This document shows, in pieces, positions 46,815-55,320 of a DNA stretch of 64,000 bases. The DNA comes from Ilumatobacteraceae bacterium (lineage in GTDB: Bacteria > Actinomycetota > Acidimicrobiia > Acidimicrobiales > Ilumatobacteraceae), in contig JBIKVV010000001.1 of NCBI GenBank assembly GCA_044356655.1, positions 74,355-138,354 of the forward strand. The letters run 5' to 3'. The notes beneath the pieces are model-generated. The model did not search any database. It was given only the letters and a program-made list of their open reading frames with translations, and was not told the origin of the DNA. A program made the position numbers and the translations under genes. Positions within the stretch are counted from its first letter, which is position 1, and every line of letters starts with the position of its first letter.

Positions 46815-46827
46815 CTGTGGTATTTTT
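46806..46827 (+). terminator. AT-rich Rho-independent terminator candidate after the kinase gene
   Basis: AAATACCA-CCTG-TGGTATTT (8-bp stem), running into TT. Confidence 0.5.
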
Positions 46828-46851
46828 GCCGGTGAGATTTTGCCCTTATAA

Positions 46852-47409
46852 GTGTGCAACAGGGTTGAGGTATTTTCAACTTTGGGGCAAATAGTGAAAA
46901 CAATCGTCGTTTGTGAAGAAGACCCAAGCTATGCGGCTGTGTTGGCCCATTTGCTTTATGTGGGTATCAAAACTTTGGCTATTACGCACCAGCAGTTCAA
47001 AGATGTTGTCGTTAAAGTCGTCGGCAAGACCGATGGTTGGTCACCGTTTTGTATGACGTTTTTCGGAGAATGCTCGTATTACGAAGAGTTCAAGCCAGTT
47101 GATAACACGAGCAATGTTCTCTTGGTTGTGTCGTATTCACGATGTCTGCGTGAGAAGTTAGCTTCAGTGGGTCTACAAAAATTTGAAACCTCTGTGCTTT
47201 CTTTGCCGCTTCTTGAGTCTGCGTTCAGCGCTAATGATTATGACTTCACCAAAATCAGTTCTAACTCAATTGAAAATGCGCTGGTACACGCAAACGAGAT
47301 TGAGAAACACCGAGGCGAATTTAGATCAATAGAAGAAGAGCAGGTATTTTTTGCAGACTGCACTTATTGCGTTTTAGAACTTTTACAAAAAGTGGTCGTC
47401 GCAGTTTAA
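46852..47409 (+). CDS. Hypothetical protein (orphan, AT-rich)
   Basis: 185-aa ORF with an alternative GTG start at 46894 (VKTIVVCEED). I recognise no motif. Confidence 0.45.
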   Translation: MCNRVEVFSTLGQIVKTIVVCEEDPSYAAVLAHLLYVGIKTLAITHQQFKDVVVKVVGKTDGWSPFCMTFFGECSYYEEFKPVDNTSNVLLVVSYSRCLREKLASVGLQKFETSVLSLPLLESAFSANDYDFTKISSNSIENALVHANEIEKHRGEFRSIEEEQVFFADCTYCVLELLQKVVVAV

Positions 47410-48023
47410 ATCTCTTCGGCTTTATGAAAAACCAGTTTGAGATCGCCGAGCCCCACGAGTGTCGTGGCAATCCAACTGCCAAGGGTGCCAAAGTTTTCAT
47501 CTAGCAATTTGCTCGCGCCATCTTGCAATGTCTCTTCGGCAAGTTCATAACTACCTTGGTACGTAATCTCGATCGCATATTCTGTTTTGGCAACAGTGTG
47601 TTTGCCAGACGGTGTCGGCTGATTGATTTCAACTGTGATGCCTTCCCGAGACAGTTTCTCTTTGCCGACTTGGGGGCTCTTGATCGGCACAATGTTCTCG
47701 ACCATTGATGCGTCTGGTTGAGTTGTCAGTCTCTGTACGCGAAAAACAATCTCCATTTCAATTTCTGGTGCTTCGTGAAAAATCTCATCTGTGTACCATG
47801 CGCGATATATGGCTTGGCTCCAACTTGGCCAGGTCAACGTAACGTGGGCAACGACCCGCGGTGGTCGACCTTCGCCGGGCAGACCGTAACTCGTCTCCCA
47901 GACGAGGTCACCGAGCAAGACATCTGACTGAAAGTGCTCGTCGAACGCCTGTCGCTCAAGAAATGCATTTGAAAAGGCGTCACGCAAGGCGCCAATCGCA
48001 TCGCTAAAGACATGGTCCAACAT
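47406..48023 (-). CDS. Hypothetical protein
   Basis: 205-aa ORF with coding-like composition and no motif I recognise. It shares a TTTAAA stop-stop overlap with the convergent gene. Confidence 0.55.
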   Translation of the reverse strand: MLDHVFSDAIGALRDAFSNAFLERQAFDEHFQSDVLLGDLVWETSYGLPGEGRPPRVVAHVTLTWPSWSQAIYRAWYTDEIFHEAPEIEMEIVFRVQRLTTQPDASMVENIVPIKSPQVGKEKLSREGITVEINQPTPSGKHTVAKTEYAIEITYQGSYELAEETLQDGASKLLDENFGTLGSWIATTLVGLGDLKLVFHKAEEI

Positions 48024-48055
48024 GTGGTGACCACGCTAACAATGTGCCAAACTAA

Positions 48056-48811
48056 ATGCTCATGGGTCTTGTCAACGTTGAGCGAAAAGACGGCGTGGCG
48101 ACGCTGACGCTGAATAATCCCGCTGAGCGCAACACAATGACGGCCGAAATGGTCGCCGACATTTCGGCTGCGATGGATGAAATCGAATCTGACCTCAAAG
48201 TTGGTGCACTGATCGTGACCGGTGCGGCGCCTGCATTTTGTGCTGGGGCAAACCTCGGCAACTTGGCTGAGGCCGATGGTGCATCGCTGACCAAAATCTA
48301 TGAAGGTTTCTTGCGCATCGCACGTTCGCCGTTGCCAACGATTGCGGCAGTCAACGGTGCCGCGGTGGGCGCTGGTATGAATTTGGCTTTGTGTTGCGAT
48401 GTGCGCATCGCCGCTGCTCGTGCAAAGTTTGATACAAGGTTTTTGCAAATCGGTCTGCACCCGGGCGGTGGGCACACTTGGATGTTTCGCAACATCGCCG
48501 GACCTCAAGCCACGATGGCTGCAGTCGTCTTTGGCGAAATTCTTGACGGCGCAGAAGCGCAGCGTGTTGGTCTGGCATATAGATGCGTGCCTGATAACGA
48601 ATTAATGGCAGTTGCTCACACAATGGCGATGCGTGCTGCCAGCGTGCCGCGCGAACTGTCGACTCTCACCAAGCGCACGATTCAAGAGATGGCGAATGTT
48701 GCGACCCACGAACAGGCCGTAGCCAAAGAACTCGAGCCACAAGTGTGGACAACCCGTCAACCATGGTTCGCCGAGCGCCTCGCCGCCCTACAATCTCGCC
48801 TTAAAAAATAA
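48056..48811 (+). CDS. Enoyl-CoA hydratase/isomerase family protein
   Basis: 251 aa with the crotonase-fold motifs TGAAPAFCAGANL and AAVNGAAVGAGMNLAL. Confidence 0.88.
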   Translation: MLMGLVNVERKDGVATLTLNNPAERNTMTAEMVADISAAMDEIESDLKVGALIVTGAAPAFCAGANLGNLAEADGASLTKIYEGFLRIARSPLPTIAAVNGAAVGAGMNLALCCDVRIAAARAKFDTRFLQIGLHPGGGHTWMFRNIAGPQATMAAVVFGEILDGAEAQRVGLAYRCVPDNELMAVAHTMAMRAASVPRELSTLTKRTIQEMANVATHEQAVAKELEPQVWTTRQPWFAERLAALQSRLKK

Positions 48812-48846
48812 TGTTTAATCAGAACTAAGTCAAAAATCAGCACCCG

Positions 48847-50277
48847 ATGAAATTCAGATTAAAGCATTTCGCCTTAGTTACTCTTTCATCTTTTGTTCTG
48901 AGTTCGCTCGGTGTCTTTTTTGCAAACCCAGACCTAGTTGAAGCGAGTACCGCCGACTTTGCGGGGCCTGAACTTATTCAGATGGTTGGCTCAACGAGAG
49001 ATGAAACATTGATTGACCTTGATCAAAACCCAACCGGTAGCTTTGCGATTGTTGGAACCACCGACGGCGCCGTTGACGGAAATCTGAATCGCCAACTCGA
49101 CGTCTTTGTTGCCAAGTTTGATAGCGAAGGCAAGAAGCAGTGGTTGGTGCGATTCGGAACACCACAAGATGATTATGGGACTGCAGTTGCGATTGATGAT
49201 GCGGGGGCGGTTTGGGTCTCTGGTGACACCTACGGAGGCATGGAAGGCAATGTCAACAAGGGTGAGCGAGATGGATTTTTGGCAAAGTTCAGTTCAACTG
49301 GTGTTCAGCAATGGATCGTTCACATCTCGACAGATGTAATCGAGAGGGCACGTGGTCTTGCCGTTGACGCACGCGGAGTTGCCACGGTAGTCGGCACAAC
49401 TTATGGAGAGTTTTCTGGTTTCAGCAATTTTGGTAAATCACGCGAAGCATGGATAACTCAAATCGATAGTTTTGGAAACCGACTCTGGCTGCAAGAGTTC
49501 GGAACCGAGTACGCCGACACGATTGTTGATGTTGTAGTTGATAGAGACGGAAATTCAACTTTTTGTGGTTATACAGATGGCACGATTGGCACACAATCTT
49601 TTGGCGGTCGCGATGCGTTTGTCGGGACGTTTACAAATACTGGTATGCGTAGCTGGACATACCAACTAGGAACTTCTGGCACCGATATCTGTTATGGATT
49701 AACCACTAATTCGGTTGGCGAGATTTTTGCAGTTGGCAGCACGTCTGGATCGTTGAGTGGCTCAACAAACGCAGGAATGCAAGATGGATGGATTCTGAAG
49801 TTAAGTGCGACTGGAGTTCGAAAGTGGGTAACACAAGTAGGAAGTTCAGGCGATGACGGCTTTGCGAAGGTCGCCGTAACCAAGGCAGGACAAGTTATCG
49901 CTGGTGGAGTTTCGACCGGAAATTTTGGCGGTGCAAAGAACTCAGGTGCTACGGATGCAATTTTGACTGTTGTTGACTCAAATGGAAAATTCACAAGCTC
50001 AAGACTTTTCGGCACCCAGTCGGCCGATGGAATCGCTGGAATTGCAGTAACAGAGTCACAAAAAATCGTCGTCGCTGGAACCTCAGGTGACGGATTGTTT
50101 GGGCAAAGCGGATTTGGCGAACTTGATGTATTCGTTTCAAGATTCGCGTCGCTCATTGCAACTCCGAGCGTTGCGCCTGAGAGAACAATTAGGTGCAAAA
50201 AACTCAGTAAGGTGAAAATTCTTGTCGGAGCAAAAGTTGTCTGCCCCGCCGGCTTTAAGCGAGTATCTAATAAGTAA
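48847..50277 (+). CDS. Secreted beta-propeller repeat protein (SBBP-like repeats)
   Basis: 476 aa. A signal peptide is followed by about eight repeats of the form G(T/S)..D.(A/G)..(V/I)..D..G......G.T.G...G...G..D.F(V/L)(A/T)K(F/L)...G...W. Confidence 0.7.
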   Translation: MKFRLKHFALVTLSSFVLSSLGVFFANPDLVEASTADFAGPELIQMVGSTRDETLIDLDQNPTGSFAIVGTTDGAVDGNLNRQLDVFVAKFDSEGKKQWLVRFGTPQDDYGTAVAIDDAGAVWVSGDTYGGMEGNVNKGERDGFLAKFSSTGVQQWIVHISTDVIERARGLAVDARGVATVVGTTYGEFSGFSNFGKSREAWITQIDSFGNRLWLQEFGTEYADTIVDVVVDRDGNSTFCGYTDGTIGTQSFGGRDAFVGTFTNTGMRSWTYQLGTSGTDICYGLTTNSVGEIFAVGSTSGSLSGSTNAGMQDGWILKLSATGVRKWVTQVGSSGDDGFAKVAVTKAGQVIAGGVSTGNFGGAKNSGATDAILTVVDSNGKFTSSRLFGTQSADGIAGIAVTESQKIVVAGTSGDGLFGQSGFGELDVFVSRFASLIATPSVAPERTIRCKKLSKVKILVGAKVVCPAGFKRVSNK

Positions 50278-50294
50278 CTAAAATCAAAGCCGTT

Positions 50295-50957
50295 TTATTT
50301 TTTGGTGGTGAGCCATTGGTGGGTGAGGGGGTCGCGGCGTTCTTGCCACTCTTCTGAAGTGATGGCGTAACGCAGGTGGTCTTCCCAGACGCCGTTAATT
50401 TCGAGAAAGCGTTCGGCTAAACCTTCGAGGCGTAAGCCTAACTTTTCAGCAACTCGCTTGCTATTGGTATTTCTCGGAATAATGCACACTTCGAGGCGAT
50501 GCAAGTTCAAGTCGTCGAACGCAAATTTCATGATCGCTGCGACGCCTTCGGCCACATAACCATTGCCTGCATGCTTACGGTCGATCCAATAGCCGATCGT
50601 GCCGGTTTGCATTGCACCGCGCACGACATTGTTGATGTTTACTTCGCCGATCAACAAGTTATTGACAAACAACCCGAGCGTGTATGCCGAGCCGTTTTGG
50701 CGCTCTCGATCGCGCGCCACGCAGCGCCGCTCGAACGCATCGCGGTCAGTCGCTGGGTCGGCGAGAAAGTCTGATCGGCGCGGCTCCCAAACAGTCAGCC
50801 AGTCGACATTGCGCAGGCGAACTTCGCTCCAGGCTTCAAAGTCGTGGGCTACTAATGGTCGCATCATTATTCGCTGCCCGTAAAGTCGCGGCGGGGCAAC
50901 GGGTGCACCCGCAGGATGAAAAAAGCGTTTTGGTGAAGAGTACGAAGAATGACTCAA
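50295..50957 (-). CDS. GNAT-family N-acetyltransferase (RimJ/RimL-like)
   Basis: 220 aa. GNAT fold with a GYWIDRKHAGNGY-type motif. Confidence 0.8.
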   Translation of the reverse strand: MSHSSYSSPKRFFHPAGAPVAPPRLYGQRIMMRPLVAHDFEAWSEVRLRNVDWLTVWEPRRSDFLADPATDRDAFERRCVARDRERQNGSAYTLGLFVNNLLIGEVNINNVVRGAMQTGTIGYWIDRKHAGNGYVAEGVAAIMKFAFDDLNLHRLEVCIIPRNTNSKRVAEKLGLRLEGLAERFLEINGVWEDHLRYAITSEEWQERRDPLTHQWLTTKK

Positions 50958-51871
50958 GATGTTTTCTTTCGCAGTTCAGAGATTAGCCCGTCGAGCAAAT
51001 TGTATTGACTAACGACAATCTCAGAAATTTGCAACCGCCGCAGTACCGCAACTAGCACACAACAGCCGCCGACGATTATGTCGGCGCGATCTCGTGGCAA
51101 GCCCGGGTTGAACACTCGATCACTAAGTCGCTCTGTGGCGAGCGTGCGAAAGACATCTTCAACTGCTTCGCGTGAAAGTTTCAGTTTATGCAACGCCGAT
51201 GGGTCAAAAGTTTTCTGACCAACTTCGACTGCAGCGACGGTTACGATCGTGCCAGCCACGCCGACTACTCGATCAATCTGACCAATAAGTGGATAATTAT
51301 GTGCAACGTCATCAATCGCATCAGAAACTAAAGAAATTGCATTTGTTAGTTCTTCTGGTCGCGGTGGGTCACGATGTAGTTCTGCCTCGGTGAGATTGAC
51401 TGCGCCAAACGGAATACTGACTGCAAAATCTAAAGTCTCAGTGCCGACCATAAATTCAGTTGAAGCGCCGCCAATATCAATGACAAGTGTTGCCATCTTT
51501 TCGTCAAGCGAACTTGTCGCGCCGACAAACGAAAGTGCACCTTCGATCTCGCCCGAGATTAGTTCGGGTTCGGTGCCCGAGATTTTTTTGACCTCGGCAA
51601 AAAACTGATTTGTATTGTTGGCTACACGACATGCAGCCGTTGCCACAGTTCGGCGACGCGAAACTTTATGTTGTTTGATTAGCGACTCGTATTCGCTCAA
51701 GCATTCGAGGGTTCGTTGCATTGACTCAGCACTAAGCGCGCCGGTTGTGGCAACATTTGCACCCAGTCGTGTTGAACGCACGATGCGTTCAAGTGTTTGA
51801 CCCGATTGATCAATGATCAGCAAATTTGTTGAGTTGCTGCCGATGTCAATTGCCGCGAAAACTAGATCCAT
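50954..51871 (-). CDS. ppx: Exopolyphosphatase/guanosine pentaphosphate phosphohydrolase family (Ppx/GppA)
   Basis: 305 aa with AAIDIGSNSTNLLI and DIGGASTEF. Confidence 0.88.
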   Translation of the reverse strand: MDLVFAAIDIGSNSTNLLIIDQSGQTLERIVRSTRLGANVATTGALSAESMQRTLECLSEYESLIKQHKVSRRRTVATAACRVANNTNQFFAEVKKISGTEPELISGEIEGALSFVGATSSLDEKMATLVIDIGGASTEFMVGTETLDFAVSIPFGAVNLTEAELHRDPPRPEELTNAISLVSDAIDDVAHNYPLIGQIDRVVGVAGTIVTVAAVEVGQKTFDPSALHKLKLSREAVEDVFRTLATERLSDRVFNPGLPRDRADIIVGGCCVLVAVLRRLQISEIVVSQYNLLDGLISELRKKTS

Positions 51872-51896
51872 TGCTTACGCACACTAGTAAGTGCTG

Positions 51897-52349
51897 TCAG
51901 TCTTGTTGAAGTCGCTTGTCGACCCATTGGCCAACGACGTCTGTTTTGTTGACGAGCCAGTTTGCGTAATGAGCGTGTAAACATTTGACACCAACCCTGG
52001 TGCCCGCAACGCCACCGTGGGGCCGTGGACCAGTGTGATCGGCGGGTATCGCGCTATCGCGCTCGGCGGCATAGCGCTCGTGCGTTAATCGAAGTTCTTC
52101 GGGGTCTATTTCGCTTTCAGCGAGATTGATGCAGCCTGCAGACTCGAGGCGGCTGACCGCCATGTGTTCTTTTGCGCCAACGAGCCAATATCGCGTTGGC
52201 ATTGGCGTGCCATCAAACAACAATGGTTCGTTTTTGACGACGATTGGTTCGTCGTTTTTATCGCGCAGGACGACTTCAAAATCGCCTTGAGGCTTGCGAC
52301 CGAGAAGTTCGGTAACGCGGGCGATGTCGTGTGCTGAAGCCTTTGTCAT
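51897..52349 (-). CDS. DUF501-domain protein
   Basis: 150 aa with GGVAGTRVGVKCLHAHYANWL. It shows the usual actinobacterial pairing upstream of ppx. Confidence 0.8.
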   Translation of the reverse strand: MTKASAHDIARVTELLGRKPQGDFEVVLRDKNDEPIVVKNEPLLFDGTPMPTRYWLVGAKEHMAVSRLESAGCINLAESEIDPEELRLTHERYAAERDSAIPADHTGPRPHGGVAGTRVGVKCLHAHYANWLVNKTDVVGQWVDKRLQQD

Positions 52350-52993
52350 TTGTCAAGCAACTTTGTCAGCGTCTCGACGTCGCTTGATGTGTCGAGATCT
52401 TGGGCTGAGCCCTCACATGCAACTTCTTCGAGCAATTCTTTGTGCGACTTGAAGAGGCTTCTGGCGCCTTCGTCGCCGCTGGTTGGCAGCAATGGCCAAA
52501 GTTCTGCATGAATTCGCACCGGGTTGCCGCGAACTCCGTTGTATGTTGCTACTGCAAGAGGCGCAGAGGCGTTGGCGACGCGTTGCCAACTCGAGGAGAT
52601 AATTGCGGGTTGATCGGCAAGGCCAACTACAACGCTGCTTACGCCGTGTCGCTGGGCTTCTGAGAGCGCGCATTGCAAACTGCTGGCCATACCGTTCTGC
52701 CAATTTTTATTGTGCACTTCAGTTAAATTCGCTTGCGCAAACCTCGCGTCAGAAAGTTGTGTAGAGAGATCGACTGCACCAGTGACGATGATGACCTGTT
52801 GAAAATGTGCAGCAATGCAATTTTGAAGCGCCCACGTGAAAACAGTTTGACCGTTGATGACGGTTAATAATTTATGTGCGTTGCCTGTAAATCTTGATCC
52901 ACTTCCGGCAGCCAACAAAACTGCAGTAACTGCAGAATTTATGGGGTTACTTTTTTGCGCTACGACCACTACCCAATAAAGCACCTGGAGCAA
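52346..52993 (-). CDS. MobA/MocA-like nucleotidyltransferase (probable Moco cytidylyltransferase)
   Basis: AVLLAAGSGSRF P-loop-like motif and GLADQP. The true start is probably an internal GTG, because the maximal ORF overlaps the XRE gene by 47 nt. Confidence 0.7.
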   Translation of the reverse strand: MLQVLYWVVVVAQKSNPINSAVTAVLLAAGSGSRFTGNAHKLLTVINGQTVFTWALQNCIAAHFQQVIIVTGAVDLSTQLSDARFAQANLTEVHNKNWQNGMASSLQCALSEAQRHGVSSVVVGLADQPAIISSSWQRVANASAPLAVATYNGVRGNPVRIHAELWPLLPTSGDEGARSLFKSHKELLEEVACEGSAQDLDTSSDVETLTKLLDK

Positions 52994-53210
52994 TTTTTAG
53001 TACGAGGCTTAAACGAGTAACCGTGTCGAGTGTTGGCGAAAAATGTCCGTTTTCAATGCGGTTGATTGTCTTGCGGTCAATGCCAGCGCGTTGCGCTAAT
53101 TCGTCTTGACTTAATTCAGCATTAATTCTTAGTTTTCGTAGTTCACTCGCAACTATTTTTTGCTGGGCTTCACTTTTTGCCTTAAGTGTTTTTGCTGAAA
53201 TGGTCATCAT
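52947..53210 (-). CDS. XRE-family helix-turn-helix transcriptional regulator
   Basis: 87 aa with LSQDELAQRAGIDRKTINRIENG. Confidence 0.85.
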   Translation of the reverse strand: MMTISAKTLKAKSEAQQKIVASELRKLRINAELSQDELAQRAGIDRKTINRIENGHFSPTLDTVTRLSLVLKIAPGALLGSGRSAKK

Positions 53211-53474
53211 GACAGTCTAAAACTTTTGCACATAAAATTATGGATTCGCACAACTCGATTTAATTCAATTGTGTAGCCGTGAATAAAGGGTTTGCTCAGG
53301 CGATCTGTGACATGTGTTAAGTCTCATTTTTAGTGAACCAGTTACCCTGTTACACGGCTTGTTTATGGTTAGTAACAAGCAATAAGTAAGGCGCGAACTG
53401 GGGTTCTCTGTGGCGGAGAGCGTTTAACAGTCGAATGCCTGCCAACTATGGCGGGTCCGAAAGGACAACAAATC

Positions 53475-54167
53475 ATGACACCTCGAGTTTCGTATTATCC
53501 AAAATTTGTCAGGGTTACCTGCCGTGCTCTGGTGCTGGCTCTTTTCTTGTCGTTTGGCTTTGTGCCTACGGTGCTGACCCTCGGGCTGCTGGAGGTTGAC
53601 GCCGTCGAGGCTAAGCCGATGCCTGCCATTGAGTCAGCGTGGGTAGCTTTGCAGGCAGAGCGGGCAGTTGAAGCCCTTGAATCGGCAGCTGAGATCAGCA
53701 CAATTGAACAACGCGACGTTGCCTCACGGTGGATTAAAAGTATTTCAGTCATTATTGCTGAGCACCTTGAAGTCAACAGCAAAGACTTAGAACGTGCTTG
53801 GTCGCAGTCAGATCTCTCGCGCCAAAAAGTTCTGTTTGCTGCACTCAGTCAGCTCGGTGTGCCATATAAAACAAACGCCGATGAACCAGGTAAAGCACTT
53901 GACTGTTCGGCGTTGATCAAGTACGCATGGTCGAATGCTGGTCTAAAAATGCCACGTGGCTCGGCCCAGCAATATGCCCTCGGCGAGCGGGTCAAGGCGA
54001 GCGAAGTTCAAGTTGGCGACTTGGCTTGGTACCCAGGGCACATTTCAATGTCTCTTGGCTACGAGAATTTAGTGATTCAATCACCAACCCATGGTCGAAG
54101 TGTTGAAGTGCATGAGATCAACGAGTCGCGAATCAACTGGGTGCGTTGGGTCGACCCGACGGCTTAG
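53475..54167 (+). CDS. NlpC/P60 (C40) cell-wall peptidase, secreted
   Basis: LDCSALIKYAW (catalytic Cys) and GHISMSLG (His). The ATG at 53475 is preceded by GAAAGGA. The N-terminus is hydrophobic. Confidence 0.85.
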   Translation: MTPRVSYYPKFVRVTCRALVLALFLSFGFVPTVLTLGLLEVDAVEAKPMPAIESAWVALQAERAVEALESAAEISTIEQRDVASRWIKSISVIIAEHLEVNSKDLERAWSQSDLSRQKVLFAALSQLGVPYKTNADEPGKALDCSALIKYAWSNAGLKMPRGSAQQYALGERVKASEVQVGDLAWYPGHISMSLGYENLVIQSPTHGRSVEVHEINESRINWVRWVDPTA

Positions 54168-54182
54168 AAATTTGTGAGGCAG

Positions 54183-54992
54183 TTATCTATGAATTGGGCC
54201 ATCACTATTTGATAGTGACGGCACGGTTCGACCAACACGCTTGCCAATAATTTCGGCGCAAATTGAAATTGCAGTTTCTTCGGGCGTGCGTGAGCCAATA
54301 TCTAGACCAATCGGCGACATCAACCGAGCGAGATCTTTTGGCTCTGAAATGCCAACTTCGGCGAGGCGCTCAAGTCGTTTTGCGTGAGTCTTGCGACTGC
54401 CCATTACGCCGATGTAGCCAACAGAAGTTGCGAGCGAGCCTTGTATGGCCGGCACATCAAATTTCGGATCATGAGTGAGAATGCAAACAGCGTCTCGTGC
54501 ACCAAGATTGGGTCCGCGGTCGGAGAGAACAGGTGTGGGCCAAGTGACGAGCACTTCGTCAGCCATCGGAAACCTGCGTTTTGTCGCAAACACTTCGCGC
54601 GCATCACAGACCACGACGTAATAGCCGAGAACTTTTGCCACGCGTGCGAGCGCCGCAGTGAAGTCGACGGCGCCGAAGATAATCATTTGCGGTGGCGGTG
54701 AAAAAGATTCGACAAACACGCGCACAATCGGTGTGTCTTGCAGATCTTCTGGTGTGACTTGCCCAGACGGGCCGTAGTTGCGCACACTTGTGCGACCCGC
54801 TTCGAGTTCGCCGAGCGCATCTCGCGACGCAACTCGGTCAAGTTCGCTGTCACCAAGAGAACCGAGAGTTTCGATCTTGCCTTGGTCTGGTGCAACCAAA
54901 AATGTTGCGCCAGTGTTTGGGCCGTCAATGACGGTCAGCAACGCAACTGGCCGGTTCGTTCGAATTCGGTCGGCGAGTGCTGAATAAATCAT
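54183..54992 (-). CDS. XdhC/CoxI-family molybdoenzyme maturation factor (full length)
   Basis: 269 aa. N-terminal XdhC_CoxI-like region followed by the Rossmann-like MIIFGAVDFTAALARVAKVLGY. Confidence 0.8.
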   Translation of the reverse strand: MIYSALADRIRTNRPVALLTVIDGPNTGATFLVAPDQGKIETLGSLGDSELDRVASRDALGELEAGRTSVRNYGPSGQVTPEDLQDTPIVRVFVESFSPPPQMIIFGAVDFTAALARVAKVLGYYVVVCDAREVFATKRRFPMADEVLVTWPTPVLSDRGPNLGARDAVCILTHDPKFDVPAIQGSLATSVGYIGVMGSRKTHAKRLERLAEVGISEPKDLARLMSPIGLDIGSRTPEETAISICAEIIGKRVGRTVPSLSNSDGPIHR

Positions 54993-55002
54993 GACGATGC
55001 AG

Positions 55003-55320
55003 TTACCAAGTCAGAGGCTGAATGAAAAGGTGAACCGTGCCACCACAAGTTAGGCCAACTGCAAATGCTTCGTCGTCTGAATAGCCGAATTTAACTAGTC
55101 GTCCAGGGCTATCGCTTTTCAAAATTTCTAGTGCTTCGGCGACAACCGCGCCTTCGACACAACCGCCCGACACAGAGCCGCAAACCTCACCATCTTCGTT
55201 GACTGCCATCGCCGCACCTGGGTCGCGAGGCCCTGAGCCTTCGATGTCGACGACACGTGCAACGGCGATGCGTTTATTCTGCGTACGCCAACGATCTATG
55301 TCACCCAAAATCTCACGCAT
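55003..55320 (-). CDS. Stand-alone XdhC/CoxI N-terminal-domain protein
   Basis: 105 aa with GSGPRDPGAAMAV..DGEVCGSVSGGCVE. Confidence 0.75.
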   Translation of the reverse strand: MREILGDIDRWRTQNKRIAVARVVDIEGSGPRDPGAAMAVNEDGEVCGSVSGGCVEGAVVAEALEILKSDSPGRLVKFGYSDDEAFAVGLTCGGTVHLFIQPLTW

